A DNA stretch of 64,000 nt, from contig NW_027117341.1 of the NCBI RefSeq assembly GCF_038025025.1, forward strand, positions 1 through 64,000, read 5' to 3'. Below are positions 52,901 to 64,000 of this stretch, one piece after another. The notes below the pieces were generated by a model that did not search any database, was not told the DNA's origin, and worked only from the letters and a program-made list of their open reading frames with translations. The translations under genes were made by a program, and so were the position numbers. Origin of the DNA: Phyllosticta citribraziliensis (taxonomy: Eukaryota). Each line of letters starts with the position of its first letter. Positions within the stretch are counted from its first letter, which is position 1.

Positions 52901-54078
52901 ACCACCACATCCACGCTCCGCACTCCGCATCTCCGGTCCAGTCGAATCCTCCTCCAATGGCGTCAGCCCACCTTGACCATCACGCCCACCGTGGCCCAGC
53001 CCGACCGCCGCGGGTGGCTTGTCCGGTCCCTGCCAACCCACGGCTCGCTGACTGTCAAACTATCTCCATCCGGTCTCTATGATTTCCTTTCCGTCAGCTC
53101 CCTCACCAAGTCTTCACTTTCATCACGTCTACCTGCTTTTCAGAAGAAACAGAGCCGACAGGGAAAAAACAAAAAAAAGAACACCCATGTCGCTCCCCGT
53201 GTTTCGCTTGCAAACACCCTTGCCGCAACCACTCAGCGTCTGCATGTCCCCGGCCAAAGAGACGCCCCTGTCAGCGTGGCCGACGCCATCGTGGAGCCGC
53301 CTGGATGGTGCCGCTGTAGTCGGCCAGACCACGACCCTCTGCAAATGGAAAGGCTCCAAAGAGGTGCTCGATGCTGTATATCTGTAGACAAGCCCCGATG
53401 GGGAAGCGCTGCTCCTGTTCGCTTTGCCTGCCCACGACGCTGCCGCTGTCCTTCATTGTCAAGACGAGACTCTCCCTCTTTGAGTCTGTCGATTTATTTC
53501 GCATCTGCAGAGCAAACGACTGTCGTGCTGCTCTCCCATTCATTACTCCATCGGCTCGTTTTGCCGTCTGCCCTCGGTGCCGCCAACACCCACGCGCATA
53601 TACGACCCAATACCTCGCCCCAAGCACAACCTCTTGCAGGTGGCGCGCCTTCGAGAACACATCCTATCCTCCTGATCTGCTCTCGGTTGCCTTCTAGCTC
53701 CGTGTAACCGCCCTGAGGTGACCTTCGCTGTCGTGTCACCGTCGGTCCTGCCCTCGTCCACGTCGCCGCCGCACCTGACACCTAAACTACCGCCTCTCCC
53801 GGCCTGCCTGCTTGCTTACCTCCCATCTCCCTCTCTCTCGCCTCCCACGGCTAAATTAGGTAAGTGTGGCCCATCAGCTCGAGCCTCGTACCGCATGTCC
53901 TGACCCTGATGCAGCTCCAGCTACCAAGTTTAGACCTCCCTGCCCGCTTTAATACCTCGCCCATGCCCTGCTCGACAATTGCTTGACTTGTTGGATCCTT
54001 ATCGAGCTTGTACCTGGAATTACACCTCCCTGGACCTCTACCTCTGCCGCCCTCCTTCCTCCCGAACCCGCTCCGACC

Positions 54079-57000
54079 ATGTGGGGTGACGTCGTAGGGC
54101 TGATTGCCCGCAATGCGGACAATGGTCTGCCCTCGATCAAGGACCCTTGGCCTGTCAAGGATGTGAGTTGGTCTGATACAATCGCGGAAGGAAAACATAA
54201 TTGACGAGGTGCTAGATTGTCTACGTCTCCATCGTTGGCACCGTCATGTTGGCGGCTCTGCTCGAATGGCTCCTCTGGCTCGCAGCGTTTCTGTACTGTC
54301 TGGTCAAGGTCTTTCAAAAGGCCGAGACGACGAGTATCAAGGTCCTGTCGGTCATCATGATGATTCTCTTTACTGGGCTGAGGTGAGTTCCTCGAGTCAA
54401 AATCCGCAGACAAACCAAGCTAACTCGGGCGCAGAGCAATCTTCCTGCCCATCATGATCGTTACGCTGCCCCTGCCTTCTCGAATCGTCCAATACTTTCC
54501 CGTGTCCATGGTCAGCTTCTTGCAATGGTTTGCATTTTGGGCCTTTGCCGGTCTCTTGACGATCCCGTGGCTCTTTTGCGTCTTCCAACTCGTCACGCAC
54601 TCGGTTGGCCGTACAAAGAGGATCAAGCACGTCTTGGACGAAAACTCGGCTCCCAAGATGGTCATCATCATGCCTTGCTACCAGGAAATCCCCGAAGTGT
54701 TGCTCCGCACCATTGACTCGATTGTCGACTGCGAGTATCCTCCTTCGTGCATGCACGTCTTCCTCTCCTTTGATGGTGACGCAGAGGACGAATTGTACCT
54801 CAACACGATTGAGAAGCTTGGTGTGCCCTTGACCCTCGACTCGTACCCCAAGAGTATCGATGTCACGTACCGCAGCACTCGCATCACTGTTTCGCGGTTC
54901 AAGCACGGCGGCAAGCGCCACACGCAAAAGAAGACCTTCCACCTCATCGACAGAATCTACACCGAGTACCTCAAGCGCAACGACAACCTGTTTGTGCTCT
55001 TCATCGACTCCGACTGTATCCTCGACCGCGTTTGCATCCAAAACTTCATGTTCGAAATGGAACTCAAGCCGGGTAGCAAGCAGAACATGTTGGCCATGAC
55101 GGGTGTCATTACTTCGACTACGGAAAAGAACAGTTTGATCACGCTTTTGCAGGACATGGAGTACATTCACGGTCAGCTATTCGAGCGCTCCGTCGAATCC
55201 GGCTGTGGCGCCGTCACCTGCTTGCCCGGTGCCCTGACCTGTCTCCGTTTCTCTGCCTTCAGGAAGATGGCCAAATACTACTTTGCCGAAAAGGCTGAGC
55301 AGTGCGACGACCTCTTCGACTATGGCAAGTGCCATTTGGGCGAGGATCGCTGGCTAACTCACTTGTTCATGATTGGAGCCAAGGAGCGCTACCAGATCCA
55401 GATGAACACGGGTGCTTTCTGCAAGACCGAGGCCGTCCAGACGTACCAGTCTCTCCTCAAGCAGCGTCGCCGCTGGTTCTTGGGTTTCATCACCAACGAA
55501 GCCTGCATGCTTACGGATATCCGTCTCTGGAAACGCTACACGCTCCTCTGCATTGTCCGCTTCATGCAAAACACCATCAGAACGACTGCCCTCCTCTTCT
55601 TCATCATGGTTCTCTCTCTCGTCACCACCGAAAAGGCCATCAAGGATCTCCCCGTTGGTTTCATTGGCGTGTCTCTTGGTCTCAACTGGCTTCTCATGCT
55701 CTACTTTGGTGCCAAACTCGGCCGCTACAAGATTATGCTCTACCCGATCATGTTTATCGTCAATCCCTTTTTCAACTGGGTCTACATGGTCTACGGCATC
55801 TTCACTGCCGGTCAGCGCACTTGGGGTGGTCCCCGTGCCGATGCAGGCGCCGCTGATGCTTCCACCTCTCCGCAAGCCGCCATTGAAAAGGCCGAAGCCG
55901 AGGGCGACGACCTTAACATTGTCCCCGAGACATTCAAGCCCGCAGCGGATGTACAGCGCAAGAAGAGCAAAAAGGGCGGCCACGTTCCCAACCTCCCGCT
56001 CATGCCCTCGGACAATGTCGAGGGCCGCTTCGCCGCTGCACAACGCCTGCCTGGCGGATGGTACCAACAGGGCAACGACAGTGGTCTCACTCTTCCAGAC
56101 ATTCGTCGCGACCCCAACGCTCCTCGTATCCCGCTCCACCCTCGTGCTTCATTCGACTCGATGATGTCTTACGCCACAACCGGCCACCAGAGCATCTACA
56201 TGCCTCGCCGTGTCGAGTCCGTCATGGGCGACGATGCCGTGGCTGCCTACTACCAAGCGCAAGCCAACCAGCGCCCAGCTGGAGGAGCCTTTTACGAAAC
56301 GGGCGGCTACATCGCCGGGGGTGTTGCTCCATACGCCACCGAGGGCAAGCCGCGCTTCTTCGACAGCGTTGAATCGCTGGCGGACAGCGAGTACAACTAT
56401 TCGAGCTACAACCCGGGCGCCGACAAGTACAAGTCGCGGCCGCCGCACTCGCGCGCCATTTCCAACCAGAGCATCAGCACGACGCGCTCCATGTCGCCGG
56501 CGCAGACGGGCACCTCGCCCCTGGCTAACGCCATGCGCGAGCAAGACGGCGTAGGCTACAGCTCGGAGCCGCCGCAACACCACCACCAACAGTCCCGCTC
56601 CACCAGCAACCCGTACCTGACGAACCCGATCAACAGCTCGCACGCATCGTCGGCGCCACGACCGGGCCACGCGCACCGCTACTCGTCAGGCTCGACGGCA
56701 TCCAACACATCGGCGCCGACATCGCCATCGCTCCCCCAGACGGCCATGCAGCCACCGCCCATGTCGCGGCAGAACTCAAACTTGAGCGTGCCGCAGCCAA
56801 CGCACGCGCGCGACAGCAGCCGCAGCAGCGGGCGCTCGCCGCTCGCGCGCGCCAGCTTCGTCCGCACGGGCGAGGACCTCGACCTCGGCATCGAGCTGCA
56901 GAGCCAGAGCGGGCAGACGGACGCGCTGATGCGCGACCAGAGCCCGCACGTGCGAGACGGCGGCGTCCAGCGCGTTGGCAGCGGCGGCGGCAGTGGCAGC

Positions 57001-57102
57001 GACGACAGCGAGGCTGGTCGCGGTCGGCCGCGGCATGCGCGCACGGAGAGCCACGACAGCGAGAACAAGCGCAAGCGGCTGACGAAGAAGAGCATCAAAT
57101 AA
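54079..57102 (+). CDS. chsD: Chitin synthase, ChsD type (class VI/VII depending on nomenclature)
   Basis: N-terminal TM helices, then MPCYQE, FIDSDC, LQDMEY, TCLPG, LGEDRWLT, QRRRW, TWGGPRADA and a long disordered C-terminus. No myosin or cytochrome b5 domain. Introns at 54163-54215 and 54383-54434. Confidence 0.92.
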
Positions 57103-57360
57103 GCGAGCGGACTTGACTGAGGGAAAACAGCGAGACGGTGTTTTTGGCGGAAAAACAAGACAAGATAAATATCCATGCATGCATGCGGTTGGCGTTGATT
57201 GCTGCTTTTAGTGTTTGGCTTCACTGCTTACGGGGGGGTTTTTCTTGGGTCGCTGTTGGGACGGACGGTCGGTTGGGTTGGGACTGCTTTGGGTTGGTTG
57301 GTGGTACTTTGAAAGACTTTGGTGTTAGCTTTTGCCGCGCGCATTGTGTTCCTATGCAGA

Positions 57361-57395
57361 CACATACATACCTACCTACATACCTACCTACCTAC
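57361..57395. repeat. (TACA/TACC)n microsatellite
   Basis: cacatacatacctacctacatacctacctacctac. Confidence 0.8.
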
Positions 57396-57661
57396 TACTG
57401 TCCTTTTCTCCTCCTCTACTTTCTGGCTCATTTGGTTCTGCGTCTGGGTGAGTGCTTGCGCTTGTACTGTATTGATTTGTGTGGCCGTTAGCTTTTTCTG
57501 GCCCCCTTTCTTGAGGGCTGGAAGCGTGACGGGGGCCTGATCTTTCCTCCGCCACCCTCCTTTATGCTCTTGGTGACTATGATGAGTAGATCAATCGACG
57601 GGAGGACGGGCCGTTCAATGGCTGGATAAGCGGGGTGTGTTGGTGAGTAGATGGTTGAGGG

Positions 57662-57718
57662 TGTTGTGGTCAAGATTATTGCCATGCTGGTTGTTGTGGT
57701 TAAGATTATTGCAATGCT
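57662..57718. repeat. 30-bp tandem duplication
   Basis: TGTTGTGGTCAAGATTATTGCCATGCT and TGTTGTGGTTAAGATTATTGCAATGCT, 30 bp apart. Confidence 0.8.
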
Positions 57719-57774
57719 CTGAGGAATTCGGCGAATGTGGTCCAATTTCAGCTGTGTCGATGTGTCTCAGTATA

Positions 57775-58672
57775 TTATATCTTTGCGGTTTTCAATTTGA
57801 TCGAAGTATATTCAAGTCTCTTGCATAAATACTCGAAATTTTGATTGATCTTGACGAGTCTTTGGCATGATAAGTCTTGTGTAATGGAATCGCCTGCGCG
57901 GCACCCGGCGGCCTCTTTGTCCTTGATCGATTGATGTTTCTTGCTCCACTCGTCTAAGACCAACGCGTCTCGGCCTTTATCTACAATTGACTCCTGATGA
58001 TCGGATGTTAGCGTATTGCTGAAAAGGACCGGCGCAAAAGATATTCACACGTGGTCCCGAGTAATGCTCTGAAGCCGGAATTCCAAAACATCAACATGTA
58101 GATCCCGGACAAGCAGCTCAAGGGGGCTCCCAATCAGTGCCTGCTCATCTAAGGTCTTGAATCTCGAGACCTCATTTTCCAATGCCGCGAAATATTCAAT
58201 TCCAGCCGCCACGTAAGCCAGGCAACCACTATAGCCTGCCGCAGAGTCCGCATAAGTCGTTATCAAAGGCAGACAGAGTGTCACATCAGACCACGCAAGA
58301 GCAGCTTCCGAAGAGTGCTCGACTACGCGAGTAATGACCCCAGTCATCGCTCCAACAACCTTGACCGCATTTCTGGCTCTATTGGAAAGCCTACCCTGTG
58401 TTGGTCGCCTTTGGATCTGGTTAAGTATCTTCCTCGCAGCAGGGAGAATCATCGCTTCGATTTCGTCGAATTCGGAATCCTCGTTGGCAGTTTTACCTCA
58501 ATTCTTCGGGTTAGCATATAGCACATGGGCTGTGGAGGGCTACGAGGGCGAATGCTCACCATCTGCACCAGCTTCCTCTAGTATGATTCCTTGGAATTCC
58601 TCAACGAGGGGCGGCTGGGAATTTTCAATTCCACATACGCTTGGACCCAGAGACTTGTCGTCTTGGAGCCAT
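57775..58672 (-). pseudogene. Relic of the N-terminal helical domain of an NWD/NACHT-type fungal NLR; NACHT domain missing
   Basis: EAALAWSDVTLCLPLIT...LAYVAAGIEYFAALE...LELLVRDLHVDVLEFRLQSI, then after an intron GRDALVLDEWSKKHQSIKDKE. This matches the ASLAWAGVC..LP.L / GL.YV...M.YY..LE / LY..ILEFQ / RD....DDW pattern of NACHT_N domains. There are in-frame stops upstream and no P-loop downstream. Confidence 0.6.
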
Positions 58673-59586
58673 TGCGAGAGTTTCCTTTAGATTCGCATCT
58701 GCAGCTTTGTCCCCAGATTGCCATTTCTGTGGACAAAAGCAAGCTAAGACGTTACCAGGACTCTGACCGGTCGGAAGCGGACTGTACACATCTGCAAGTG
58801 CTAATTTGCTGTGCATTGGATTCCCAGTAATGAGCCGACAAAATATCCTAAGACCTACCTGGCGTCGAGCAGTTTACTTTGATATCGTGGGGCGTCGAAG
58901 TAGTGAAGCCGCTTAGACCAAAAACTAGAGCCTGAGGTGGGGAAGCAGTGGGATCGATATTGCTGCCAAAAAAAAAGGGGTGCGACGCCATTCTGTACGT
59001 AGTCGTTGCGAGCAGAAGTTGTATGCTCCTCATCTTCGTGCGACTGGCGACTGGCGACTGCTGATTCTTTCATTTGAGATCTCTGCGAGCATGCCAACCT
59101 ATTCCCCTCGGTGGAACGGGTTCGTTTGAAATAAGGAGGGTAGCGCCTATTGTGACAATCGATTGTTATGTGGGTCGCTTGCTTCACAGTAAGTGGTTCC
59201 AAGATAATTTTCAAAGCTCAGGAGTCTTTTTGGCTACGCACCACAGAAATTATTGCCGAATGTCTGGACAACCGCGTGAGATCGCTGTGAATTAGACCCT
59301 GGCCGGTTGGAAGGGTGCCATATCTCCGAGCGGCTCTTACCTGATCCCGTGGACCCCAGGGTTTCACGGACGACAATGCGCAGCCACTCTACCACGCGTT
59401 GAGAAGTGTACAGTCAAGCACCTCTTTTGTTGGTGACTGGCCCAAGAGAAGTCGCTGAAGAAGCCAATGTCGAAAAGATAAGGGCAGGTGTATTTGTTGC
59501 GAAATTGAGTTAAATTGTCGACACTGCTCCCAAGACTTGGAGCCCATTAAATCCTTGATGGCAAGCTATGCCTATTGATGGTAGCC

Positions 59587-61929
59587 TTAGTCGCCATAGG
59601 TGACACCACTGCCTAAGCCCGCAGCCTGCCCCTTTCGGACCCTCAAAACAGTCTGCACATGGCCAATCGCGAGCGGCACGTCTTCTCCCGTAGCCAGAAG
59701 TCTCGCCGTCTTGACCACGTTCTTGATCTGTCTTCCATTCAACTCCGTGTTTGCCAGCTCCTTCAAATTGTCCTCTGTAAAACTGCTCTTGGCCGAGTCC
59801 GGCTGCACAAAGGTGCGCCAAATGAGGAGGCGGCTGTCGACGTCGAGCTGCGGGTAGTGGATCGTCAGATGAATGCGCGACTCGAACGCATGATCGAAGT
59901 CCTCGACGCGGTTGGTCGTAAGGAACATGACGCCCTGGTAGTACTCGAGCAGGCGCAGGAAGACGGCGACGAGCTTGTTGCGGTAGAGGTTGGAAGCGGA
60001 GCGCCGCTCGAGGAATACGTCGCATTCGTCGAGTAGCAGTACTGCGCCCCATTTGGTGGAGAGCTCAAGTACCCGAGTTAGCTTGCGCTCGACTTCCCCA
60101 CTCATTTCCCCAAGCTCTCCGGCGCTAATGCTGTACAGAGGCTTTTTCATGGCTTCGGAGACTGTGAGTAACGGCTAGCATTAGCATGTTGCCTCAATCG
60201 GTATCTGCGTGGATACAAACCAGACTCTGAAGTGAGTGTTTTGCCAGTCCCAGGCTGGCCGCTCAGGAGCATGATGATTCCCTTTCCTTTGCCCTTGATC
60301 ACGTCGTCAAAATCGTCCTTTCGAGATAGCTGGGCTTGGACAAATGCCCACACAAGCCGCTTGTAGTCGTGGGGCAGGACGAGCCTGTCGAAGGCATTCG
60401 TGTTCCAAACAATGTCATGAATATTTTCCACTTGTAGCTCAACTGTAAACTGTCAATACGGGCGTCTGCTACTGTTTGGATGAATTTACCCCAGTCTTTT
60501 GCTTTGAGACAGAAACCGTTTACGGTTGGGCTGCACAAAGCATAGTGCTCTTCCTTGAGAGACGTACAGGCTGTTCACCGTCAACTTTATCCGAGACACC
60601 ACGGGTTGCAAGTTGAAATCTTGGACGTCAAGGCGAAGCGCACTAGAGGACCACAAACCTTTGGAAACATCAGAATGCGCCGGTCTTTGCGGTCTGGCAG
60701 GAGGTGTATAATTGTCCTCGTCATAGTCATTGTCTGAATCGTCATTGTCCGAATCTTCATCATATGACACAGGAGCAATTGAGTTGTGGGGAGTGATTGG
60801 CTCATCAAGGGGAGCTAGTCTGGGGGAATGTCCGTCATGCTGCCGAAACGAGCTGCAGTCTACAATAACTCGTCCGTCGTTGACCTTTGCGAAATGTCAG
60901 TCATGTTCATGACCAAAACCAAAGCCACAGAAGATGCACTTACAGGTTGCTCGCGTGAAACACCGGAAGAGGGGGCATTTATCAAAACATAAACCCCGGT
61001 GTATGCTTTGTGGTGCACTCCCAACAGTTTCTCAAACTCGCGGCCCCTTTGCGTCAGTCGAGCACGTATCTCAGAGATGTTTGGTTTCAAGGCGCTGGGC
61101 AGGACGCTGAGCTCCGAGATGGGCTTGAGGCCTTTAAATTCGAGGATATCCAGACTTGTTCTTGCGTAGCCGAAGCTCTCGCCGGTGGTATCAACATAAC
61201 GACATTCGATATCGTAGCAAGGCGTAAGGGTAAGAGCACGATGGCTATATTTGCCACTGCTTGCAATATAGAGGCGCTCTTCTTTTCTGGAATGAACTCG
61301 GTTCCAGGCTTGAAAAGTGCCCAAACATAGTCGAACGAGATGACCTGGTTGTGCACCAGATCCTCAATCTGCTCCACGTATGGGAGAATCTCGGAGCTGA
61401 TGATGTCGAATAGTAGCTTGTAATGAGCTCTGCCGATTTGGTCGTTCTCGTCTTGAGGCTTGGCTTTGACAAACTCGTCCCATCGGTGGAAGAACTCGTG
61501 AAATGGCGCATTGAATTCAATCTTCTTAACGTTCGTGTTGATGCCCTCGTAACCTGCAAATACTGGACCAAGTTGTGCCTTGATGATTGGGCTCTGCACG
61601 ATGATGGAGTGCAAAGGAAACTCTGGCTCCTCCGTTTCTCCAATTTCTTCTTGGCGTCGAATGATCAGGGCGAACTTTGCTGATTCGGCGGCTTTTGAGT
61701 CTGTTTTGGGAGGCCCTTCTTTCCAGGGATTGAAGAGGCCAGTTCGATAAAGATTCTTGGTCTGGGCTGTCATACCTGCGCTGGGTGACTGCTGCTCCTT
61801 AGTGATAGCCTCCTTAACAGCCCGGTCTTCTTTCCCAAGCTTGCTGAATGATGGAATAATCTGCGATAGTACCGTTCTATCCAGAAGCAAGCCTTGATCA
61901 GGCTGTTCCTGAGTTTGAGGGGACCCCAT
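59587..61929 (-). pseudogene. Second large fungal AAA+ ATPase (same family as 2689-5718) with an apparent frameshift near 61290
   Basis: ISFDYVWALFKPG, CRYVD..GE.FGY, GRVIVD, Walker A LLSGQPGTGKT, Walker B LLLDECDVF, FLRLLEYYQGVMFLTTNR and LNGRQIKN. Four later introns splice in frame. The frame shifts at GGAACCGAG|TTCATTCC with no plausible intron. Confidence 0.8.
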
Positions 61930-62470
61930 GATTCTTATGTTGGGCTGGACTAGAGGTCTTCGGTAAAGATGTTGATGAGGAAGAGGTGTCCGTCTAGCAC
62001 CCTGTGCATGCGATATTTGTAGGGCGCTTGGCTTCTTGAAATATGAGTCAAGCCTCAACCAGCTTTCGTAGAATGGTCAAAGAAAGAGATGTTGCATGTG
62101 TTGATGGAAATCCAGGAGGTAATCCAGTTGAGTCATAAACTCACCATTGTTAAGGTAGTTGGCGCGTGTAAGTCCAGGAGGAGACATAGTTGAGTTACCA
62201 GTGGACGGTCGTGGTTCGTTCGGCCACCATCATAACTCCCTTGTTCCAAGGATGTTAAACAAGTCATGACTCTGAATTGAGAAAATGTCCTGAAGTCTGG
62301 CATTCGCAGTCGACGAATTTGTCGTGACTCGAATAGTCTTACTGGAAAGGTGCAGCATGTGCTGCGTTGATGGGTTGAGATCAAAGTCGAAAGGACCCAT
62401 AGTTTTCAGGGTCCGCACACGAACATACATACAATATCCGAATGTTTTGACAAGATGCAATACGACTCTC

Positions 62471-63721
62471 TCATACGCGCAATTTTCGCGGGCGGCCCGG
62501 GCCTCTTTTCACGACTGAAGCTGCAGGCGGCGATTCGTCGTCTTCTTCGGCCTCCCGTCGCCCATCTTCCTGAACCTCGTCAACAAGTTCTTCATTCTCC
62601 ATCTCGACGTCCGGCTGCGCATCCTTCTTCTTGCGACCACCGCGCCGGGCAGGTTTTGTCGGCTCCTCTTGTTCAAGGTCCAACTCTTCGCCAATGCTGC
62701 TTTTCTTTTTCCGGCCTCGTGTCTTTTTGACCTTGAGATCTAGGCCTTCTTGTTCCGCCTTGGCCTGGACAGCCTCCACCAACTCTACCTCGTCCATTTT
62801 CAATCCCTCGAGCGCCTCGATATCCTGGGACTTGAGGTATGGCAGAGGCATTCCATCCCAAGTCAGCCCCACGTCCGTCCTGACAGTCTCGCTCTCACCC
62901 TTTTTGGCCTTCGCCTTCGCCTTTGTATTGCTCTCGATCGGCGGCGCTGCGCCCCCTTCTACCGTTGGCAGCATGTACCTGACTATGACACCCAGCCCCT
63001 CAAGCCCACGCGCCTGCGCGCTGCGATTCCACAAAAACTGCTCAATGCGGCCATCGTGCTCGATTTTCAGAAACCCCATGGGCCACCGGCTCCGTCCGAG
63101 TGCTTCGATGATCCCTTTTGTTGCGCTGTTTGTTGTTGCCAGTAGCCCCAGAAAGTCTTCCTGTCGCCACTCTGTTGGCGCGCCAGTGAACGCCCCTTCG
63201 AGCTCCCGCACTTTGTCTGGCCCAAGCTTTTTGTTGCTGCATTTGCACTGTAGGAGGACACGAAGGGGCCGGCTCGGTGGTTGGATTCGGGTTGTCGAGT
63301 CCGCAGCATCTGAGCTAGCAGCGGTATTCGTCTCGGATGGTGCCCGAGTGTTCGCGGACCACGGCACGGGGACTGGCAGCGTCCATGAGCCGAGCAGGTC
63401 GATACCATAGTCGCGAGCACGTCCTGTGCGTGTCAACTTGAAGCCGAGGCGCGCGAGCGTAGTGGCCACGGTGTATTCGTAGTGCGTGCCGACATAGACG
63501 GAAGCTTTGGAAGAGAGGTCGACGCGTTCGGCGTAAGCCAAGAAGGATGGCAGGTCATGGTGGTTTTCAGAGCCAGGGGCGATCCTTGACTCGGAAAGGT
63601 CGAGAGTTTCGCTCGATTTACGCGATTTACGCGTCGAAATGGTCGTGCTAAACGCGGCGTGGTGCCATTGATGGAGGGCTGGTACGATGCTCCGGAGGGG
63701 ACGGCGGAGCAAAGAGGTCAT
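62471..63721 (-). CDS. RRG7: Required for respiratory growth protein 7, mitochondrial (DUF2034, PD-(D/E)XK-like)
   Basis: Arg/Ser-rich mitochondrial presequence, then GTHYEYTV, L.RTG...DYGIDLLGSW.LP, VLLQCK, GPDKVRELEG and QFLWN. Confidence 0.85.
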   Translation of the reverse strand: MTSLLRRPLRSIVPALHQWHHAAFSTTISTRKSRKSSETLDLSESRIAPGSENHHDLPSFLAYAERVDLSSKASVYVGTHYEYTVATTLARLGFKLTRTGRARDYGIDLLGSWTLPVPVPWSANTRAPSETNTAASSDAADSTTRIQPPSRPLRVLLQCKCSNKKLGPDKVRELEGAFTGAPTEWRQEDFLGLLATTNSATKGIIEALGRSRWPMGFLKIEHDGRIEQFLWNRSAQARGLEGLGVIVRYMLPTVEGGAAPPIESNTKAKAKAKKGESETVRTDVGLTWDGMPLPYLKSQDIEALEGLKMDEVELVEAVQAKAEQEGLDLKVKKTRGRKKKSSIGEELDLEQEEPTKPARRGGRKKKDAQPDVEMENEELVDEVQEDGRREAEEDDESPPAASVVKRGPGRPRKLRV

Positions 63722-64000
63722 GGCACGGGTATTGCAGCGTAATCGGAAGACGGAAAGGCGTGAAATATGTTCATTGCTGAGATTGAGGCGCGAAAGAGAG
63801 CATATTCAAGAGCTCGAAGTGCCAATGGCTTGGTGTCGTCGTTGAAAGAGATTTTGGTTTCTGTTTCGGGGGTGTAGTTGCGGCCGGCAGAGCTTCGGCT
63901 GAACAGCCCTGTCAACGAGCTCACCCCGGCCCTACCCTCCCTCCCACCGCACCAGTTCATCACCGTCAACACCATCTTTTCTACCAGGTCAAGATTCGAC

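Noticed and set aside
1..64000. tRNA/rRNA genes or a Starship captain recombinase
   Set aside because: No cloverleaf, rRNA-like sequence or DUF3435 tyrosine recombinase recognised by eye; tRNAscan-SE and Infernal would be needed to exclude small RNAs.

Overview
Eukaryotic DNA from a filamentous ascomycete: short GT-AG introns with CTRAC/CTAAC branch points, and RIP-mutated repeats. Positions 1-~2.7 kb are an AT-rich, RIP-destroyed Ty3/Gypsy retrotransposon relic (gag, zinc knuckle, protease, start of RT). The rest is GC-balanced and gene-rich. Core genes are FYV7-like, a FAM214/DUF4210 protein, PMS1 (MutL), a RAD5/HLTF-like SNF2 helicase, LSB6 PI4-kinase, the AreB GATA factor, PRS1, HSP88/SSE1, a ChsD-type chitin synthase and RRG7. 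Accessory islands between them encode a secreted alpha/beta hydrolase, a GH106-like glycosidase, an MDR oxidoreductase, a SABATH methyltransferase and an HSL esterase. The most striking observation is that two members of the same large fungal AAA+ ATPase family each sit next to a STAND/NLR-related gene. One is a head-to-head pair with a Walker-A-less NACHT-like protein beside the RIPed repeat. The other is a decaying pair: a frameshifted AAA gene plus an NLR N-terminal relic. Other findings are RIP erosion of the first AAA gene's 3' end, a candidate ACG-initiated long AreB isoform, an in-frame 150-nt intron in HSP88, and a ~150-bp tandem triplication upstream of the SNF2 helicase. All family assignments come from motif recognition by eye; no database searches were run.
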